This document shows, one piece after another, positions 8,341-12,833 of a DNA stretch of 12,833 nt (position 1 is its first letter; every line of letters begins with the position of its first letter). Both the position numbers and the translations under genes were made by a program. The notes under the pieces are model-generated. The model was not told the origin of the DNA. It searched no databases and was given only the letters and a program-made list of their open reading frames with translations. The stretch lies in the IMG/VR virus record IMGVR_UViG_3300029248_000207, positions 1-12,833 of that record. One strand, written 5' to 3'. Source of the DNA: a virus (lineage: Duplodnaviria > Heunggongvirae > Uroviricota > Caudoviricetes).

Positions 8341-8911
8341 CTAGCGTGCGGCCAGTTCTGCACGTCGGCGGGTGTAAATCAGGTTCTGTGCTGGGGTGAA
8401 TTTCTGGCGATTATCATCCCGCGAAGCCGCATCAGGCCTGAATCCGATGCCCGTTAAAATATCGCTGTCCTGCGCGGAATAATTAATTTTTTCACCTGCG
8501 GCCAGCCACACCGACAGGGCTTCACGCAGATAATCAACCGAGTGCTGCATGGCGCTCTGTTTTACTGCGGGAAGCTGTTCGTTATACCCCATCAGCTCAG
8601 GTGCCAGCGTGGCGGCCAGCTCCGCGCCGTGCTGCTGCATAAAGTCATGGAGCCGGTTGCGGATGCTGATGTGCTGCACCTCCTCATGTGAGCGGATATN
8701 NNNNNNNNNCGGCGGCCTGATTAATTTCCCACTTTTTCACGTCGATATTGTCGCGCAAATCCTGCATTCTGAGCGGAATTTGTTCGTCACCGGCAAGGAG
8801 CTGTTCACGGTATTCCCGTTCAAGGTCTGCCAGTTCGGCTTTACGTTTCAGCCAGGTGTTTTTGTTCGTCTGACAGGCCTCAAAGGCCTGCTGTATGGTC
8901 ACAGTGGTCAC
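8341..8911 (-). CDS. psu: Polarity suppression protein Psu (capsid decoration / Rho antagonist), interrupted by a 10-nt N-run
   Basis: Two minus-strand ORFs (8684..8911, 75 aa; 8341..8679, 112 aa) together read like P4 Psu (MTTVTIQQAFEACQTNKN...EINQAA [gap] IRSHEEVQHISIRNRLHDFMQQHG...). GTG start at 8911, preceded by aggagag. The N-run at 8700..8709 separates the halves, which are in different frames as written. Confidence 0.8.
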
Positions 8912-8926
8912 GTGTCTCTCTCCTGA

Positions 8927-9166
8927 TTAATGCCGGAACGGCGAGCTGTAGCAGCCCTGTACTTTACGCGGCGGCGGTGGCGTCACCGGGGCGGGGTCGG
9001 GTTTCTCCGGTGCGGCACGTATCACACCGTCAACCGACTCGATGGTGCGGAAAGTGGCCGAGCATTCGATATTGGTACACTGGTGATAACGCTGTTTGAC
9101 GTTTTCCGACAGATAACGGCTGGTACGGACGTGCGCGGTCTTTTTGCAGAACGGGCAGTGAAACAT
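8927..9166 (-). CDS. ogr: Ogr/Delta-family zinc-finger late-gene transcriptional activator (single-domain, Ogr-sized)
   Basis: 79-aa ORF MFHCPFCKKTAHVRTSRYLSENVKQRYHQCTNIECSATF...; the CxxC...CxxxxC arrangement and sequence closely resemble P2 Ogr / P4 Delta. RBS gaggg upstream; the sid stop codon (9170..9172) is 3 nt upstream of the start. Confidence 0.88.
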   Translation of the reverse strand: MFHCPFCKKTAHVRTSRYLSENVKQRYHQCTNIECSATFRTIESVDGVIRAAPEKPDPAPVTPPPPRKVQGCYSSPFRH

Positions 9167-9169
9167 GAT

Positions 9170-9913
9170 TCAGCCCTCTGCCTGTTCGTGGTCTTTTGCG
9201 GCCAGTTCAGCGGCAAGCTTCATCCGTCTGGCCGGGCTTCTTAACAGCGCCATATCAACCCCGGTTATGACCGGGCGATTCATGCCCGTTACGGACAGAA
9301 CCGGCTCCTGCTCCATATCAAAATGATACAGGGCTGACTGCAGATTCAGGGCATCACCCAGCTCGCGGGTCACGGTCGCACGCGGCGAGGTTTCTCCGCT
9401 CATTTCCAGCGACCGTATACGCAACAGAAAGGCACGTAACAGTGCGGGGCTGATACCGGTCAGCGCCTTCTTCCACTCGCTGTTGGCGTAGGTAGTGAAC
9501 GCTTTTTCATGGGCGCTGATGTAAGCCGTACCGGAGGAGCATGCGCCAAGCATGGCGAGGTTTTTGTCTTTCTCCAGCTCGGTAATCAGACCGGTAAACT
9601 CATCAGCCAGTTCGCGGCTGGCGATACGTTTACTGTGTTCAGCTTTCAGTTCAGGAGTGAGGTTGCCGCGCAGGGTTCGAAAGCGGCTGCGCCAGTCCTG
9701 TTCGGCCTGTGCACTTTCACTGAGCGCGGTCTGTCGTTCCTGCTCACAACGCTGAATGGAAGCCTCAATGTCGCTGAGTTTACCCATGCTGGCCGAGTGT
9801 GCGTCTTTTGCTTCGTTAAGTGCGGCCAGCGCACCGGCAATACGTTGTTCCGCGCCTTCATCCTGTTTACTGATAACGGTCTGCATGGCTTTGATAATGA
9901 GTTCGGGTTTCAT
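9170..9913 (-). CDS. sid: Sid-like capsid size determination (external scaffold) protein
   Basis: Minus-strand ORF in the sid position of the sid-delta-psu operon. Start chosen at the ATG giving MKPELIIKAM (247 aa, close to P4 Sid length), with ggag upstream. The in-frame ATG at 9979 (269 aa) is the alternative, but it would start only 6 bp from the activator dyad. Confidence 0.72.
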   Translation of the reverse strand: MKPELIIKAMQTVISKQDEGAEQRIAGALAALNEAKDAHSASMGKLSDIEASIQRCEQERQTALSESAQAEQDWRSRFRTLRGNLTPELKAEHSKRIASRELADEFTGLITELEKDKNLAMLGACSSGTAYISAHEKAFTTYANSEWKKALTGISPALLRAFLLRIRSLEMSGETSPRATVTRELGDALNLQSALYHFDMEQEPVLSVTGMNRPVITGVDMALLRSPARRMKLAAELAAKDHEQAEG

Positions 9914-9984
9914 GTTCAGGTTCTCCGTATGTTCAACCTGAAATGATTCTGACGCCTCCTGCACAACAACACGATTCATTGCCG

Positions 9985-10002
9985 TTGTCAGAGTGCTGGC
10001 AC
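9985..10002. promoter_or_regulatory. TGT-N12-ACA dyad: candidate Ogr/Delta binding site of the late promoter driving sid-ogr-psu
   Basis: TGTcagagtgctggcACA. P2/P4 late promoters carry a TGT-N12-ACA activator site centred near -55. This dyad is about 80 bp upstream of the proposed sid start at 9913. Confidence 0.55.
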
Positions 10003-10081
10003 AAACAGACCTTAAAATCAGGCTGGCCAGAGAAAGGTCGCAGGAAAACCTTACTCACCGTTTGTTTTTTTACTTATAACT

Positions 10082-10184
10082 ATTCACCACTGTTCACCTT
10101 AAATAAAAAGATAAGTAATACAGCAAGTTAAATGGTGAACAGTTGAAGGTCTGACTGTTCACCGTCTGTTCACCACTGTTCACC
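10082..10184. repeat. Cluster of TGTTCACC octamer iterons (candidate alpha-protein binding sites / replication origin)
   Basis: Exact TGTTCACC at 10091..10098, 10156..10163, 10167..10174 and 10177..10184 (the last three spaced 11 and 10 bp apart). Inverted copy GGTGAACA at 10134..10141. Degenerate ATTCACC at 10082..10088. Confidence 0.7.
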
Positions 10185-10264
10185 CTTCAGTTTTGCTCTG
10201 GCTATATCATCTAGACTTTATTACGATTAAAAACGAAAAGTATATAACTAAAAGAGATATTAAT

Positions 10265-10325
10265 TGCTGCATTGTAATGCAGTGATTTGCATATGTTTGC
10301 CAGCGTTTGCCTTTGTTTGCCAGAG
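10265..10325. promoter_or_regulatory. Palindrome plus three phased GTTTGCC repeats upstream of vis/alpA (candidate operator of the leftward-operon promoter)
   Basis: CTGCATTgtAATGCAG at 10267..10282 (7-bp perfect arms, 2-bp spacer). GTTTGCC at 10295..10301, 10305..10311 and 10315..10321, with 10-bp periodicity. Confidence 0.4.
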
Positions 10326-10446
10326 CGAAAAGTCAATGTTTGTCCGAAAATCTCACATGACCTGAGGGAAAATATAAACATAATAAGGAGCTACCCGAAG
10401 CCGGACGGACACGACCGGCACTGTATGGACTTTGTGAGGTAGCCCG

Positions 10447-10713
10447 ATGCACACCGCTTTTTCTTCCCCGTCTTCTGCCCCTGCCGCGCCGCTGATGCCG
10501 GTTTCTGATACCGTTCACGAGCGCTTTATCCGTCTGCCCGAAGTGATGCATCTGTGCGGCCTGTCCCGCTCGACCATTTACGACCTCATCAGCCGGGAAG
10601 CCTTCCCGAAACAAATCTCCCTCGGCGGAAAAAACGTGGCGTGGGCGCAGTCTGAAATCACTGCATGGATGGCGGATCGCATTGCCGAACGTAACCGGGG
10701 CTATGACGCATGA
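10447..10713 (+). CDS. alpA: AlpA/Vis-family phage regulatory protein (excisionase-like HTH)
   Basis: 88-aa ORF (P4 Vis is orf88); the RLPEVMHLCGLSRSTIYDLISREAFPKQISLGGKNVAWAQSEITAWMADR region resembles the AlpA/Vis winged-helix; RBS gagg 8 nt upstream. Confidence 0.85.
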   Translation: MHTAFSSPSSAPAAPLMPVSDTVHERFIRLPEVMHLCGLSRSTIYDLISREAFPKQISLGGKNVAWAQSEITAWMADRIAERNRGYDA

Positions 10714-10840
10714 TGATGGCCGCTCAGCAAAAAGCCCCTTTTTCTGGCTTGCTTCTTTTCGCCGTTTCCAGGTATAGTTTTCCCGCTGTCGCAAAATCGG
10801 CAGCCGGGCGTAGGAACCCGTGTAATTCACAGGCGACAAC

Positions 10841-10865
10841 AGACGCGCCATGCGTCTTTTTTTAC
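10841..10865 (+). terminator. Rho-independent terminator inside the immunity-like region
   Basis: AGACGCgccatGCGTCTtttttttt: 6-bp GC-rich stem plus T8, about 25 nt downstream of the first GCGTAGGAAC element. Confidence 0.55.
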
Positions 10866-10995
10866 GTCGTTGCTCAGGCACACCCATTTTTCGGGCTGTA
10901 GCCCCTGTCAGATAATGGTGGTCCGGGCGGGGCAGCTTTCGGGCTGGCCGGTATTCTGTGAAGCCGGTATTCCTACCCCCGTTCGGGTCACCACC
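10866..10995 (+). ncRNA. Candidate P4 CI-like immunity RNA region (contains the seqB-like element); ends undetermined
   Basis: No plausible ORF here. CCGGTATTCCTAC (10964..10976) is complementary to GTAGGAACTCCGG (11003..11015; 11 of 13) and partly to GCGTAGGAAC (10808..10817). CCGGTATTC is also duplicated at 10948..10956. This matches the seqA/seqB/seqC logic of P4 immunity. Confidence 0.3.
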
Positions 10996-11052
10996 CATGA
11001 GCGTAGGAACTCCGGTGGTGGCAATAACCGCTATTCACAGGAGGTTGCCATC

Positions 11053-11247
11053 ATGGCTACGACCCTCACCCCGTCACACCCGCAGTTTGTCTTTGTGTTT
11101 GCCGCCGTTCGTCGCGCAGACCGTAAACCCCGTATTTGCATGCTGCGCACCGTTGCCGGTGACGAGCACGCCGCACGCCTTTCCCTCGTTCGCGATTACA
11201 TCCTCTCGTTCGCTGGCCGTTTGCCGGTTCTGGAGGTGCGCGCATGA
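11053..11247 (+). CDS. Hypothetical small protein (P4-like early operon)
   Basis: 64-aa reading from an ATG preceded by a strong RBS (cacAGGAGGttgccatcATG); its stop overlaps the next start (ATGA at 11244..11247). The longer six-frame ORF from 10870 has no RBS. Confidence 0.55.
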   Translation: MATTLTPSHPQFVFVFAAVRRADRKPRICMLRTVAGDEHAARLSLVRDYILSFAGRLPVLEVRA

Positions 11248-11471
11248 GACACACCACCATTACCGCCCGTGACCTCGAATGTCTGGAGCATATGCGCAAC
11301 GTCGGCCAGCTCGTCGGCGACCTGATGCAGGTGCAGGACTGCGCCACCGTTCGTCGTGACCCGACGCAGCAGTTACAGCTCACCTCCGTGATTTACCTCA
11401 TGACCGCCCAGCTCGACGGCGTGGTCGAACGCTGCAATCAGCACTGGCTGACCGGGGAGAGCAACGTATGA
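11244..11471 (+). CDS. Hypothetical small protein (position corresponds to the epsilon/anti-repressor region of P4-like elements)
   Basis: 75-aa ORF translationally coupled at both ends (ATGA overlaps at 11244 and 11468); no recognisable motif. Confidence 0.5.
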   Translation: MRHTTITARDLECLEHMRNVGQLVGDLMQVQDCATVRRDPTQQLQLTSVIYLMTAQLDGVVERCNQHWLTGESNV

Positions 11472-11788
11472 AAAAGCCATTACCGCCCGTATTACGCGCC
11501 GCGCTGTATCGTCGCGCCGTGGCCTGTGCATGGCTGACCCTGTGCGAACGCCAGCACCGCTACCCGCACCTCACCCTCGACGCGCTGGAAAGCGCCATTG
11601 CGACCGAGCTGGAGGGCTTCTATCTGCGCCAGCATGGCGAGGAAAAAGGCCGTCAGATTGCCTGTGCCCTGCTTGAAGATTTAATGGAAGCCGGACCACT
11701 CAAAGCCGCCCCGTCGCTGTCCTTTCTCGGGCTGGCCGTGATGGATGAGCTTTGCGCCCGTCATATCACCGCACCGGTACTGCACTGA
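11468..11788 (+). CDS. Hypothetical protein, 106 aa, immediately upstream of the primase
   Basis: ORF coupled to the upstream gene and ending 14 nt before the primase start; P4 has an orf106 in the equivalent position, but I cannot confirm sequence similarity. Confidence 0.5.
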   Translation: MKKPLPPVLRAALYRRAVACAWLTLCERQHRYPHLTLDALESAIATELEGFYLRQHGEEKGRQIACALLEDLMEAGPLKAAPSLSFLGLAVMDELCARHITAPVLH

Positions 11789-11802
11789 GGGAGAAAACAA
11801 CG

Positions 11803-12833
11803 ATGAAAATGAACGTAACAGAAACGGTAAAACAGGCGTGCGGCCACTGGCCGCGCATTCTCCCTGCGCTGGGTGTGAAGGTGATTAAAAACCGCCATCA
11901 GTCCTGCCCGGTGTGCGGTGGCTCTGACCGCTTCCGCTTTGACGATAAAGAGGGGCGCGGGACGTGGTTCTGTAACCAGTGCGGCGCGGGTGACGGACTT
12001 AAGCTGGTAGAAAAAGTGTTTGGCGTGACCCCGTCTGAGGCCGCCGGGAAGGTGAATGCCGTGACCGGCAACCTGCCGCCGGTTGCCCCGGAAGTGATTG
12101 CGGTCGCAGAGGCTGAAACGGAGGCCGACCGCAAAGCGGCGGCCGCGCTGGCCGTCAGGCTCATGGAGAAAACCCGACCGGCCACCGGCAATGCCTACCT
12201 CACCTGCAAGGGTTTCCCCGCTCTGGAATGTCTGACGCTCACCGCCATGCATAAAACCGGCGGCGTGACGTTCCGCGCCGGGGATGTGGTTGTCCCGCTG
12301 TATGACGATACCGGCGTACTGGTTAACCTTCAGCTTATCAATGCAGACGGTCTCAAACGCACCCTGAAAGGCGGTCAGGTCAAAGGGACATGTCATATCA
12401 TCGAAGGGAAAAAACAGGCCGGAAAACGCCTGTGGATTGCGGAGGGTTATGCGACCGCGCTCACCGTGCATCACCTGACCGGGGAAACCGTCATGGTGGC
12501 GCTGTCCTCAGTAAACCTCCTTTCTCTGGCGAGCCTTGCCCGTCAGAAGTCCCCGGCCTGTCAGATAGTGCTTGCCGCCGACCGTGACCTGAACGGCGAT
12601 GGCCAGAACAAAGCCACAGCGGCCGCAGACGCCTGTGAGGGCGTTGTTGCCCTGCCACCGGTATTCGGTGACTGGAATGATGCGTTTATACAGTACGGCG
12701 AGGAAGCCACGCGGAAAGCGATTTATGACGCTATCCGGCCACCGGCGCAAAGTCCGTTTGATACCATGAGCGAAGCCGAATTTACCGCCATGAGCGCCAG
12801 CGACAAGGCCTTGCGGGTGCATGAGCATTACGG
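11803..12833 (+). CDS. P4 alpha-like primase(-helicase), N-terminal part; continues past the window end
   Basis: Open frame from the ATG at 11803 (RBS gggag upstream) to the window end; it is absent from the ORF track because it has no stop in the window. Zinc-binding motif CPVCGGSDRFRF...WFCNQCG and a TOPRIM-like region (WIAEGYATALTV..., VLAADRDLNGDG). Confidence 0.85.
   Translation, partial: MKMNVTETVKQACGHWPRILPALGVKVIKNRHQSCPVCGGSDRFRFDDKEGRGTWFCNQCGAGDGLKLVEKVFGVTPSEAAGKVNAVTGNLPPVAPEVIAVAEAETEADRKAAAALAVRLMEKTRPATGNAYLTCKGFPALECLTLTAMHKTGGVTFRAGDVVVPLYDDTGVLVNLQLINADGLKRTLKGGQVKGTCHIIEGKKQAGKRLWIAEGYATALTVHHLTGETVMVALSSVNLLSLASLARQKSPACQIVLAADRDLNGDGQNKATAAADACEGVVALPPVFGDWNDAFIQYGEEATRKAIYDAIRPPAQSPFDTMSEAEFTAMSASDKALRVHEHY

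Larger units (their letters stand above)
5205..12833. mobile_element. P4-like satellite prophage (phage-inducible island) integrated at the 3' end of ssrA; right end lies beyond the window
   Basis: After ssrA the gene order is int, cargo ORF, cos, psu / ogr-delta / sid (minus strand), iteron and promoter region, vis/alpA, immunity-like region, small ORFs, alpha primase. This is the P4 layout. The left boundary is approximate; the att core should overlap the last bases of ssrA. Confidence 0.85.

Noticed and set aside
8193-8399. Plus-strand 68-aa ORF in the cos-proximal region
   Set aside because: No RBS, it overlaps the hairpin and repeat motifs and the psu 3' end; more likely a non-coding packaging or terminator region.
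8549-9244. Plus-strand ORFs (125 and 104 aa) opposite psu and ogr, and the minus-strand 64-aa ORF at 9022..9216
   Set aside because: Antisense or out of frame relative to recognisable psu, ogr and sid genes.
9509-9946. Plus-strand ORFs (145, 67, 61 aa) and minus-strand 71-aa ORF inside sid
   Set aside because: All are nested in or antisense to the Sid-like gene, which has operon context and a length match.
9979-9979. Longer sid start at the ATG giving a 269-aa protein
   Set aside because: It would place the start codon 6 bp from the TGT-N12-ACA activator dyad, leaving no room for a promoter; the ATG at 9913 gives a P4 Sid-like length. Kept as an alternative.
10082-10184. Possibility that the short repeats form a CRISPR array
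   Set aside because: The units are 8 bp with irregular 2- to 57-bp spacing and include an inverted copy; this is iteron-like, not a repeat-spacer array.
10710-10901. Plus-strand 63-aa ORF and the N-terminal extension of the ORF at 10870
   Set aside because: They overlap the terminator and complementary-element region and lack RBS; the credible start for the downstream gene is the RBS-preceded ATG at 11053.
10333-10998. Minus-strand 221-aa ORF
   Set aside because: Antisense to vis/alpA and the immunity-like region, extremely Arg-rich and low complexity, no RBS; looks like an artefact of GC-rich sequence.
11761-12587. Minus-strand ORFs of 237 and 97 aa and the plus-strand 65-aa ORF
   Set aside because: All lie within or antisense to the alpha primase reading frame, which has clear zinc-finger and TOPRIM motifs.
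12508-12828. Minus-strand 106-aa ORF at the window end
   Set aside because: Antisense to the primase frame, which continues uninterrupted to the window end.

Overview
The window is an Enterobacteriaceae (E. coli-like) chromosomal segment followed by the left part of a P4-like satellite prophage integrated at the 3' end of ssrA. The core part (1..5223) runs grpE sigma-32 promoter (gene itself off-window), nadK, recN with two LexA boxes, bamE, ratB/ratA (overlapping, minus strand), smpB and the tmRNA gene ssrA. The island (about 5224 to the window end) carries a P4-family tyrosine integrase, one AT-rich 480-aa cargo ORF, a cos site, psu / ogr-delta / sid on the minus strand, a regulatory region with TGTTCACC iterons and an activator dyad, a Vis/AlpA-like gene, a P4-immunity-like region of mutually complementary short sequences, three translationally coupled small ORFs, and the 5' part of an alpha-type primase. 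The main hunt result is the cargo ORF at 6626..8068: it sits exactly where P4-like satellites carry variable anti-phage genes (between int and cos/psu), is compositionally foreign, and ends in a textbook PD-(D/E)xK nuclease motif set, while its first ~350 residues match nothing I recognise. I propose it as a candidate single-gene defence nuclease, possibly undescribed; this is inference and needs a homology search and a phage challenge. Two N-runs (5973..6002, 8700..8709) interrupt int and psu. All coordinates and motif calls were made by eye from the sequence; no searches or folding were run.
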